DNA from: Rhizaria sp. SCN 62-66
Taxonomy: Eukaryota
NCBI GenBank assembly: GCA_001724265.1
Contig: MEDY01000139.1
Location: 45,359 to 65,358, forward strand
Direction: 5' to 3'
DNA length: 20,000 nucleotides
Shown: piece after piece, positions 11,801-18,644 of the stretch
Layout: each line of letters opens with the position of its first letter
How positions within the stretch are numbered: position 1 is the stretch's first letter
The notes under the pieces: model-generated
Told to the model about the DNA's origin: nothing
Databases searched by the model: none
Seen by the model: the letters and a program-made list of their open reading frames with translations, nothing else
Made by a program: the position numbers and the translations under genes

Positions 11801-14800
11801 CGTCACATGTGTCTCCGTTTGCTCACTTGTCTACGCTCTCCGCAGCGGCTGCGGTTGCAACGGCGGCTGAGCATGTCGACTTAGAGCAGCGCAGTCCGGT
11901 ACACGGCCGTGACTTCCTTGTGCATGGACCTCTGTCTGACAGTGAAAGCGATAATGCCGGCGAAAACGACGTCGACGAGGCTTTGCAAGCGACACAACTT
12001 GTGTTCGACCAGCAGGATCATTACGCTCAGAACTTGCAACCAGAGTGCGACTATGATGAAGGCGATGATTATGACTGCAGCCCAAGCAGCAATCGAAATG
12101 CTATTGACTCCTTTGATCAAGAGCATCTTGCTGCGCACGGTCGTTTAACCGATTCTTGTACCAGCAGGAGCAGGCAGCTGCGGTTGTCGCAAATGCCGCG
12201 CGCGAGCTTCAGTGACAACAAATCGATGAGCGCGAACGAGACGAGCAACAACGACATGAGCAGCAGCAACGTGACGAACACGCACAGCGACGATGTCGAG
12301 GAGAATGTTGCTGTCTACAGTGTCAAGCACAATGCCTCTCTAGACATTCGCTATCCTCATGCAGCCACCGCGACCGGCGCTAGCACAAGTGTTTCGTCTC
12401 AGTCAATCTCCGCTGCCGGTGCAAACACACAGTCCGAGGCTGCTTACATGAACTCGAACAATGACGCCTCTCCTGACGTCCACTGTCAGTGCGGCGAGTG
12501 CGTTATTTGCGCACGCAGACGTCGTTTCAGGCTCTCGTTTGATGCAATTTCTGACAGCGACAGCAGCAGTGGCTTCGGCACTAATATGACCAAGATCGAG
12601 AATGACGCCGAAATGATGCATAATGCGCGCGACCCAGCATCGTATGCTGAATGCTTAGGTAACGCGGCTGGAAACAACATTGATAGCGATAACATGGCCA
12701 ATATTGCCCCGAACAGCAACGTCGACGCAACCATGAATAGTATCACTCAGTACGAGTCCTTTAATGCGACCGAAGTCGCGGTAACTGCGACGAACGATGC
12801 CAACCTGCCTGGTTCTCCCGCGCCCATGATCGAGGCTAGAAACGTGCGTGGTGGCATGCGCATCTCTTTGCGCGGCACTACTCGTGGCCGTGGACACCGG
12901 CGAAGTCGCTCGCAGAGCCTCAGTCGCTCGCACTCGCGATCGCGGTCACAGTCGCGGTCGCGGTCGCACTCGCAAGCGCAGTCGCCGCGCGCTGACGACA
13001 GCAGTCACAATAGCAACGCTCCGCACCAGCTGATGGGTGTGAACGCTCACCTGATGCAGCGTCTCTGCCACTCAGCTCTCGATGATGATGGCGAGCGCGG
13101 CCTCGCACGGCCCCGCGGACACAGCCTCTCTGAGATGTCCGCTCAAAACGAGTGCGACAGCGAGTCCACCTCTGACCACAGCAGCGACGCGAGCAGTCTC
13201 ACAGGAGATTCGCCAGCCATGTTCACTGAGCCCACGAAGCCGTCCACCCCCACCGTTCGCAGTACGAATACTCCCACGTCTCCCACGAGGCATTCGAGCC
13301 ACAATGGTGTTACATGTGCCGCTATCAGTAACACCGTCAGTACTGCCGCACCGAACGCGAGCCGTGCGCTTCAAGAGCTTTCGTTTGCAGGCTCACAGGC
13401 CAACAATAATCCGCTCATTTGCCGCACGAATGCAGCACTTGCTGGACCAATGGTCAGAAATGGTGACTGCGTAAGCGTGGCTGCTTTGACTGCGGGCACC
13501 GTGCTGAGCGCGGGCAGCGCCCTTCTCCGCGCCAGCAGCCTCGAGTCCCTTCGCAGTGCAGAGTCGGCCCTGTCGCTGTCGCTGCCCACGCCGACCATGT
13601 TTGGCGCCGGTGCTTCTGTCACGGAGCCGCCGACGCTGACTGTTGCGTCGCCAGTGTCGCACATGTCAACTGACTTAGCGACCGGGACGCCGCAAACCAT
13701 GACGATGCCCGCGGGTGCGCTGTATGGAGGCGACGGCAACGGCAACACGGACGGGATTCACGCCGTTCCAGAGTATTTTGCGGATGATGATAACAACCTG
13801 TACGTGTCGTATGACGGCGGCGCCACGTTAGCGCCGCACCAGACCACCGCTGACTGCGTCATTGTCGAGATGTCTCCAGACTCTGCTGCGTACGCAGCCT
13901 CAAGCGGCGCCTTATTTACAACTGACTCTTTGTCGCCACAGGCTGTTTTTGCGACGAGCGAGGGCACACTTGCGCCCACTCTTAAGCTGCGCCAAGAGCA
14001 ACAACAACGAGCCGCGGCGCTGGCTGCTGAGCGCGCTGAGCGTGAGTCCGCGACCACAGCCGAGCTCGCAGCGAACGACGACCGCGTTGAGGGCCTCATC
14101 CTCGAGGCGCGCCGTGAGCCCGAGTTGCGTCGGTGGGAACGCGGCGAGACGCTGCTGCGCGCCAGCCTCGTCAACTCTGTCACACTTGCGTACGCCGATG
14201 ACGAGAATGAGCGGTTGTACGCGAAAAGTCTGTTTGAGAATCGTCACACTCTCGTGTCGACACAGCTTGTGCCTGCGCTGTGGATGCTGGCGTTTGCGGC
14301 TGCGTTCACGTCCGCGGTCACTGCTACTCTGGCCTCAGCTGTGGCACCAGTGACTTCCCAGGCCGTTGCTCTCCACAATTCTGCGATCAGCATTGCTGGT
14401 GTCACCGTCTCTGGGGAGGGCGTGCTGGCTGCGATGGTGACTGCGATTGCCCGTATCACCGCATCACCGCTGACTCCTGCTCTGTCACTGTCTCTCGGCT
14501 CAACAGCGCCATTACTTCTTGCTTTCACCTCTCTCGTGAACCGCCACAGCAGCTCCGCACCTCGCTACATCAAGGACAAATACTCACACAACACTTACAA
14601 GGTCATTCACGGCGCAATGTGTCTGTTATTTGCACTTGCGCTGTTTGTTCCCTTGGTGCTGCTGCAATGCGACAGCGAGGTTGTCACAATTTTTTCCGTA
14701 CTTTACGCCGTGGTTACCGTCACTCTCTTCGTTCTCCCGAGCCAGATTAGCTTGGCGCTCTGCGTTTTAATCACAATGACACTTGCTCTTTTCAGTACTG

Positions 14801-17800
14801 ATGTAACCATGCTGGTCGCGGCCACATTATTTGTGGCAGTGGTGACGGCGACTCTCTCACGTTTTCATGACGCAGCATCGCGCGCTAATTACACACGCTC
14901 ACTGCTGCGCAAGCAAAGCGGGAATCACCGCCGCGAGCTCGTCGCAAACCTGGTCCCGCCTCGCGTTGCCCGCGAACTGCGCAAGCTGAACGCGCACAAC
15001 AGCAGCAATAATGTCGACGCTTCACTTGACTCGAACGCTGCCCCGACAGATGCTGCCGCGATGCTCGGTAGTCCAACTGTATCGGCCGTAGCGACTGCTT
15101 CAGTTATTGCATCTGCCGCGGCGACGTATGCCGAGCGTCACGACTGCGTGTCTGTGCTGTTTTCGGACATTAAGGGCTTTACCGAGTTCTCTGCAAACGT
15201 GTCGCCGGTCGAGCTGGTCGGTAACCTGAACCTGCTCTACACCGTTTTTGACCATATCACGACGGTTCACAACGTGCTGAAGGTCGAGACAATCGGCGAC
15301 GCGTATATGCTCGCTGCAGGCATGGAGGCGCTTTCGCAGAAGTCGAGCACTCGTCTCCGGAGTGACGGGGATAACGGTGATATTGGTCACGCGACGCGCA
15401 TAACGGCGTGCGGTTTCGATATGATAGACGCACTGCGCATCATCCACGTGCAGACCGCGCGGCGCGTTGTGCCCCCTGAGGTCAAGCGCTCACGCTCCAA
15501 GTCAATCTCCGATCGTCCCAACGCTGAGCCCACTGCTGAAGTGGCTGCTGCTGTCATGGACGGAGAGTCCACCGGCAGCGCTGACATCAACATCGCGGGC
15601 GATAGACCTGACGGCGTGAACAAAGCCAACTCATCGGAAGCAGCAGTTTCAAACGAACCGGTCATGCTGCCGCCGCTGTCGATGCGCATCGGCATCCACA
15701 CGGGCGCGCTCGTGGCGGGCGTCGTCGGCCAAAAGGTCCCGCGCTATCACATCTTTGGCGACACGGTTGCCATCGCGAACCTGATGGAGTCCGCGGGCGA
15801 GGCGGGCCGCGTGCAGGTGACGCACGCGACGGCCGAGCAACTCGAGGCTGAGGCCGTGTTCCCAGTCGTGTACCGCGGCTGCGTGCGCAAGGGCGGCCAC
15901 GCCGTGCACTCGTACTGGGCGTACCGCAACGAAGGCACGCTGAGCCGCGATCTCGATTTCCTCAAGGACAACACTAAGGTGGAGGCTCCGGCCCGTGAAG
16001 TTAATCATACGAGCCCTCAGCAAGGGCAGTATGATCTTGCAGCGAACGGTTTTATCGGCAGCCCTGTTGACGGCGCGAACAACGGGCCGCTGCGGCAATG
16101 GCAGCACTTCCGCGCTCAGCAGCAGATGCGCCAAGCAATGCTGCAGGAGCAGCGCACAGCGGCTGCAGGCAACAGCGACAATTTCAGTGTTTGCGACGTC
16201 GATGAGAGCTTTTACTACGGCCAGTCTCAGTATGACAACAACGACGACGCCGACTCACAGTACTACATCAACTCTAGTCGCTATTACAACGGTGACGACA
16301 GTCAAAGCGACAGTTTCTACCTCGACAACAGTACAAGCCAATATTATGACCCTGATTACGGGTCTGAAATGAACTCGGAATACCTATTCTACCCAAGAAT
16401 CCCAAGCGCCAACGTGTACAACACTCGCTTGCAACAAAGTCAACTCGATGCTCGCAGTGCTGCAAATGGCGGTGGCGAGAATACGAGCCGCAGCCGCGAT
16501 GTGTGGGGCATCCAGCGCGACTGGGAACGGTTTATTGCTGTTGACAGTAACGCCAACTCGCTTCACGACGCGGCGGACAGACTGTCGGCTAACAACAATG
16601 GTCCTTCCCAGGCTTTTTCTCCGCTGAGCCCCGCTGCAAGGTTGCCCAACGCGTCTAGCTTTGGCAGAAATAACTCGGGGTGTAACAACACCAACGAGTA
16701 TTACGATGCTGGAGGCGATTTTGACAGCTCAAGCAGCAGCGGTCGCAGCATTAGCTGTATGGGTGCTGCTCCACTCGACTCGCACTTCGTCCCGGGCTCA
16801 AGTAGTGTTGCAATTATCGACAACGACTTTGCGCAGGTGCAAGATGCACATCCCCGCGATGATGAGACTTTCGGCAATTCAGAGGGTTCGTCTATTACTC
16901 AACACCCTTTTGTTGGGAGCACCAGCCCTGCGCCCCGCAGCCGCAGTCGCAACCAACTGATTCGCTCGGCGTACCCAGCCAAGCCAAGCAGCTCTCTCGG
17001 TACGAACACTGCCAAGCACAGTCCTACGAACCACCACGATCATTCCAACCCAGATGTGGGTCTTCGTAGCCCATTTGAGCAGCTCAGAGCTCTTGACACC
17101 CAATTCCTGCCCCAGCCGACGCCGTCACCACCCCCAGCAGCACCTGTCTCGTCCTCGTCGGAGCATTCGCAGTCGCAGTCATCTTCATCTGCATCATCGT
17201 CATTTTGCTCTCCTTACGTGTCACCAGAACTACAATATAACCGGCTTCTGCAGTCTGCGGCGCTCCCACCGACTGTGACCAGCACCGCGAACAACGCAAC
17301 GTCCATGTCCAATTTTAGCGGTAATGCAGCGCGCTACCAGGAGTACCATGAGTCGCAACAGGCTCAGCGGCACCAGCAGCCGATTCAGCCCATCATAATC
17401 GGGGCTGCTTCATCATCAGCATCGATGCTGACTGCAGCCCCCCCTTCACAGTCACAGTCGTCCCCACAGCATATGCCGCAGTCACATCAACAACCGTCAG
17501 TGTACTCGCAATCACCCTCCCGAACGCTGCGCTCGCGCACTCCGTCACCGTTGATCTCGCAGTCGTCATTGCGGAGCTCATTGCCCTCGCACCCGCAGCA
17601 GCAACTGCCGTCCACCAAGCTTTCCGCGCAGCTGCAGCTGCCTGTTCCAGCGCAGCTGCCGGACGTGCTTGAGGACGACGCCGAAGTTGCCGCTGCCGCA
17701 GCGCGCGCTGCATCACCGCTCGTGCAGTTTTCATCTGGCTTTGTCTGGCCGACTGTCGCCGCGACATCCATCGCAGCTACAGTGGGCACACCCGCGCAAG

Positions 17801-17955
17801 CGGGGCTGACGCCGCCACCGACAGCGACAACGCTTGGTGTATGCAAGCTCGGCACAGCTGTGGCACAGTTCCCCGCGTCAGATGATGCATCGAATCGTAA
17901 AAAGAGCTTCAGTAGTTGTAGTAGCTCAGAAAGCGTTCAAAATCTTTTATCGTAA
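5881..17955 (+). CDS. Giant (4024 aa) membrane-anchored class III adenylate/guanylate cyclase-domain protein with very long low-complexity regions
   Basis: A 12,075-nt ATG-to-TAA ORF with a sharp drop in GC after the stop. It has a hydrophobic helix cluster at about 14266-14870, a pre-catalytic LVANLVPPRVAREL segment, and the cyclase motifs VSVLFSDIKGFT, KVETIGDAYM, MRIGIHTGALVAGVVG and PRYHIFGDTV. Confidence 0.93.
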   Translation: MNGHTRRGSSAASLLVPPGSTASGSGGLNANALGDGPRPYGTDFTNAIHPTVAPLAVSLASQSASDSTAAASAAAFAPASSASLSTSTSLAHSRSAADAYGPVQQSASQPAGAQSASASAFASASASASASASVSLSIASVPHSGPPGAANAAAATAGDGANGSGGGAGQHKLQLPRSPSPLPPLSPAQSQPLHAHTHAHAYAHTHAHGHGRHLQLSPLPPSPLSGASQSHSSAAHGHSVHGHQPPGAAQSGSTQPGSLGAYIHHSRPPSRTNTRMSDDRTSSNGSSNNSNNNSSSSSNAMDRSSSSINSLHQHQQLQQSPQSPQKQHQLDGPGQNPHGNARASTSQEFYRRSGRPGHHTHRQHQPQPYHHNQQQHQLQHQEQQPASYLQLGRRNSSSSSSSSNASSSASASSVQPQLFVSTPNTTTHTLGSSLSFGGPHHSNSSSSSSGGDSGSGSGSGHGSGSGHGGGRGSSGGAAGSAQFYAPAAAAAYLSSSLSSSAYNTNVGGYYIGAASLLSHGHGHNLLHSTTVPSPRRSLQITTRTPSPRPPAPPGQPPAHQSPAHRRPTPAPSPSPVAASSVAASPVAAARSGQPPRRGNGRSGNGNGNGGASGRQTPAASPKAEAPTATGPALSAGLTPVSLSATVPVPLSVPVPAGASGGGNVTPARRFWTDGPALAAAAAATATRPGTVGAAMAEHATTGHGQGGGGGGCYARSGEAKSSDAAATAVAGSGSSSSNSSTSACFASPQPLSLTPSPSPSPTSSAQLARAAAAAAAATLAAATAAEASSSRFPLLASQAAAGGVPAPPLLPLWRKPGGLSPRSALPSPHHQEQRQEQQQQHQQQQQHDRHTQQPLHQDHQYQSDHARLFEQQQQQQLMQQLRQHKQQLLQQVHAQAQSRPWPPLTPSPSRPSSRPQSRSGTGATRPPSRIGHSRPPSRLEFSTGGRLDFTSAVRGDGSSTSTSSGPLSSAGTVSAAASMSHSGMQSQPLHHQQPALYQHQIHHSHSNLQMQPQSRHNNDPGAHPQHWSPRYSVGSSSSSSASSPYRGSTSAHDYAPDAFAHSSHYEVGSAPFTSHRLDFGAVDCRPSDAESARPNIELSSHSFSRTVSREGFQSVHSQSPYQLYHNHQQPQQQQQHHQQQHWQQSPPHLMPLSQSQPQPAPETTTSALIVDDGTTSSSSSSFTRSGSASSSAAGSATEHNVDGETRDTDGDDSDDYAGARLSFSRHHSNYTDSDHVNPGGNTANGNSFVVIAGDVRSGLSLRDGDCAADNCDAAVATTGEIVMTGTRAESPNSKHIRNNSRVLSRVPSSGGAPRNRHSSRRSSSGAHHLRHHSPASMADNSGAGQSGLSGGAHKRRSRSKHPTLADTDAPNAAASAAAGGASGRRTTADSDASSGAIVTAVIPDTFAQSGLGRRLTMMAATSAGSSVTTTTTATATSPATATAATTEADGLSSVTRADSLTATVATVTATATASRTVSAVARQLAAVDVSAPSTVDRGALALTGCGSGGGSGSGDSLGQAPHLTTDLLTPHSVTASSPSVLLSPTNSTAAAAAAATATAAVIAAAAVNAAGNVGGAAVSGSGAGPMSPRPGGYLRRVSIASVPSLLVATQQGGGGGGLLSERHAQGAAPWLHSPLHGQVITPGHGRVGTPASASINTPSNLSTPGSTSLGSRGLLLSPQATAAHVMSPGGAYSTGSFAGSTFSGGARTPGSFPSAQLRAGLPAGVASVNASPSANSYFVTPLTCNPRVVSGQNTGAAANGAAENAASGVRPDERLGVGEWQWGWEGGKQQNLPNTPDSSTPRMTEPVQAHVQRNKARAKTATSMRPATIDTSTLVQTESHMSTSTLTQTSAHMATPESSSLSLSTTVGRVDGSMDDNKAPGRGDSRRDQANFSGQGPLDWPSPRFFLTEQQQKQPFYVKNEGVDGNVDGLDADALPSALCPTVVRTDSTNSVTAGASGLFSSFSPATRPRPQSPSHVSPFAHLSTLSAAAAVATAAEHVDLEQRSPVHGRDFLVHGPLSDSESDNAGENDVDEALQATQLVFDQQDHYAQNLQPECDYDEGDDYDCSPSSNRNAIDSFDQEHLAAHGRLTDSCTSRSRQLRLSQMPRASFSDNKSMSANETSNNDMSSSNVTNTHSDDVEENVAVYSVKHNASLDIRYPHAATATGASTSVSSQSISAAGANTQSEAAYMNSNNDASPDVHCQCGECVICARRRRFRLSFDAISDSDSSSGFGTNMTKIENDAEMMHNARDPASYAECLGNAAGNNIDSDNMANIAPNSNVDATMNSITQYESFNATEVAVTATNDANLPGSPAPMIEARNVRGGMRISLRGTTRGRGHRRSRSQSLSRSHSRSRSQSRSRSHSQAQSPRADDSSHNSNAPHQLMGVNAHLMQRLCHSALDDDGERGLARPRGHSLSEMSAQNECDSESTSDHSSDASSLTGDSPAMFTEPTKPSTPTVRSTNTPTSPTRHSSHNGVTCAAISNTVSTAAPNASRALQELSFAGSQANNNPLICRTNAALAGPMVRNGDCVSVAALTAGTVLSAGSALLRASSLESLRSAESALSLSLPTPTMFGAGASVTEPPTLTVASPVSHMSTDLATGTPQTMTMPAGALYGGDGNGNTDGIHAVPEYFADDDNNLYVSYDGGATLAPHQTTADCVIVEMSPDSAAYAASSGALFTTDSLSPQAVFATSEGTLAPTLKLRQEQQQRAAALAAERAERESATTAELAANDDRVEGLILEARREPELRRWERGETLLRASLVNSVTLAYADDENERLYAKSLFENRHTLVSTQLVPALWMLAFAAAFTSAVTATLASAVAPVTSQAVALHNSAISIAGVTVSGEGVLAAMVTAIARITASPLTPALSLSLGSTAPLLLAFTSLVNRHSSSAPRYIKDKYSHNTYKVIHGAMCLLFALALFVPLVLLQCDSEVVTIFSVLYAVVTVTLFVLPSQISLALCVLITMTLALFSTDVTMLVAATLFVAVVTATLSRFHDAASRANYTRSLLRKQSGNHRRELVANLVPPRVARELRKLNAHNSSNNVDASLDSNAAPTDAAAMLGSPTVSAVATASVIASAAATYAERHDCVSVLFSDIKGFTEFSANVSPVELVGNLNLLYTVFDHITTVHNVLKVETIGDAYMLAAGMEALSQKSSTRLRSDGDNGDIGHATRITACGFDMIDALRIIHVQTARRVVPPEVKRSRSKSISDRPNAEPTAEVAAAVMDGESTGSADINIAGDRPDGVNKANSSEAAVSNEPVMLPPLSMRIGIHTGALVAGVVGQKVPRYHIFGDTVAIANLMESAGEAGRVQVTHATAEQLEAEAVFPVVYRGCVRKGGHAVHSYWAYRNEGTLSRDLDFLKDNTKVEAPAREVNHTSPQQGQYDLAANGFIGSPVDGANNGPLRQWQHFRAQQQMRQAMLQEQRTAAAGNSDNFSVCDVDESFYYGQSQYDNNDDADSQYYINSSRYYNGDDSQSDSFYLDNSTSQYYDPDYGSEMNSEYLFYPRIPSANVYNTRLQQSQLDARSAANGGGENTSRSRDVWGIQRDWERFIAVDSNANSLHDAADRLSANNNGPSQAFSPLSPAARLPNASSFGRNNSGCNNTNEYYDAGGDFDSSSSSGRSISCMGAAPLDSHFVPGSSSVAIIDNDFAQVQDAHPRDDETFGNSEGSSITQHPFVGSTSPAPRSRSRNQLIRSAYPAKPSSSLGTNTAKHSPTNHHDHSNPDVGLRSPFEQLRALDTQFLPQPTPSPPPAAPVSSSSEHSQSQSSSSASSSFCSPYVSPELQYNRLLQSAALPPTVTSTANNATSMSNFSGNAARYQEYHESQQAQRHQQPIQPIIIGAASSSASMLTAAPPSQSQSSPQHMPQSHQQPSVYSQSPSRTLRSRTPSPLISQSSLRSSLPSHPQQQLPSTKLSAQLQLPVPAQLPDVLEDDAEVAAAAARAASPLVQFSSGFVWPTVAATSIAATVGTPAQAGLTPPPTATTLGVCKLGTAVAQFPASDDASNRKKSFSSCSSSESVQNLLS
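6223..6279 (+). repeat. Coding hexamer repeat (TCNGCG)n encoding Ser-Ala
   Basis: tctgcg tctgcg tccgcg tttgcg tcggcg tcagcg tcggcg tcagcg tcagcg. Confidence 0.85.
6460..6510 (+). repeat. Coding CA-rich hexamer repeat encoding His-Ala/Thr/Gly
   Basis: cacgcg cacaca cacgca cacgcg tacgcg cacaca cacgca cacgga cacggg = HAHTHAHAYAHTHAHGHG. Confidence 0.85.
7066..7290 (+). repeat. Coding (AGC)n and (GGCAGC)n microsatellites (poly-Ser, Gly-Ser)
   Basis: AGC runs at about 7066-7119 and 7210-7227, GGCAGC units at about 7240-7278. A similar AGC/AAC tract lies at 6724-6777. Confidence 0.8.
8371..8550 (+). repeat. Coding CAG/CAA-rich poly-Gln tract
   Basis: QEQRQEQQQQHQQQQQH...EQQQQQQLMQQLRQHKQQLLQQ. 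Another Gln/His tract lies at about 9253-9312. Confidence 0.8.
14266..14870 (+). other. Transmembrane region of the cyclase protein (about 6-7 predicted helices)
   Basis: Hydrophobic runs such as LWMLAFAAAFTSAV, AMCLLFALALFVPLVLL, VVTIFSVLYAVVTVTLFVL, ISLALCVLITMTLALF and VTMLVAATLFVAVVTATL. It is preceded by VTLAYADDENERLY, which resembles the 'L.F.d...E..Y' motif ahead of the membrane blocks of transmembrane cyclases. Confidence 0.75.
15148..15925 (+). other. Class III nucleotidyl cyclase catalytic domain (single copy, with insertion)
   Basis: Metal-binding Asp codons at 15166 (FSDIKGF) and 15298 (TIGDAY). GTP-type Glu at 15286. The C-terminal half RIGIHTG...MESAGEAGRVQVT...HSYW lies at about 15685-15920. 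Confidence 0.92.
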
Positions 17956-18644
17956 TTTGTGATCTCCCACGTTGTTTATCAACGCCTTCATTTTATGCCA
18001 TCATTATTTCAATACGTATCTGTGAACCTCTTTCTATTTTCATTTAAGCATTGTGCAACTCGTATGCGCAGTTCGTAAGTTTATTTCACTCACTATTTCA
18101 ATCATTACCCTGACCGCTATTTCCGTTGATGTGCATTTCTCCCTTAGATGCATTTATTTAGTTTATGAAGTTATTATTTCCTTGATCTATATTAAGTTGT
18201 TCGGTGCATTGCCAAATGCAGATCCCGACTTGTTCTAGTGTGTTTGCGATGTTGTTTGTGGACTCAATGACTGTGTTGTTTGATACAGCAAGTGGTTCCG
18301 TACGACTAAAGCTTTCACCTTGTGTGCGTTGTGCGAGACGAACTTCTCTTTCGTCTTAGTAATCAAAACCAGTATCAGTGAACCATTTGCCTTACTTCCG
18401 CGAATGGAACATGCGCCCGATGCTGATACCTGCACGTTCGTTTTTTTTTTTTTCTAATGCTTCAAAGACAGATATCTGTAGCAATGGCTGCGTTACTTTA
18501 CGCAACCATGAATGCGCCACGTGACTGAGACCGACTTGTGATTCCTATCAACTATCTAGTTTTTCGTTCGTGGCCACTTTATTGTGATATGCCGACTGTT
18601 TCCCCCCGTTTTATCTCTTTCTTCTGCAAGTTCAATGCAACTTC

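Noticed and set aside
6011-17855. Numerous overlapping and antisense ORFs inside the giant gene
   Set aside because: They are expected from high GC and triplet repeats, and their translations are simple repeat shadows.
18372-18429. SECIS element, U2/U3/U5 RNA or bacterial-type terminator
   Set aside because: The TGA/GA positions lack the SECIS helix II and apical AA geometry, and no gene here has an in-frame TGA. snRNA/snoRNA boxes match only partially, and the context is eukaryotic.
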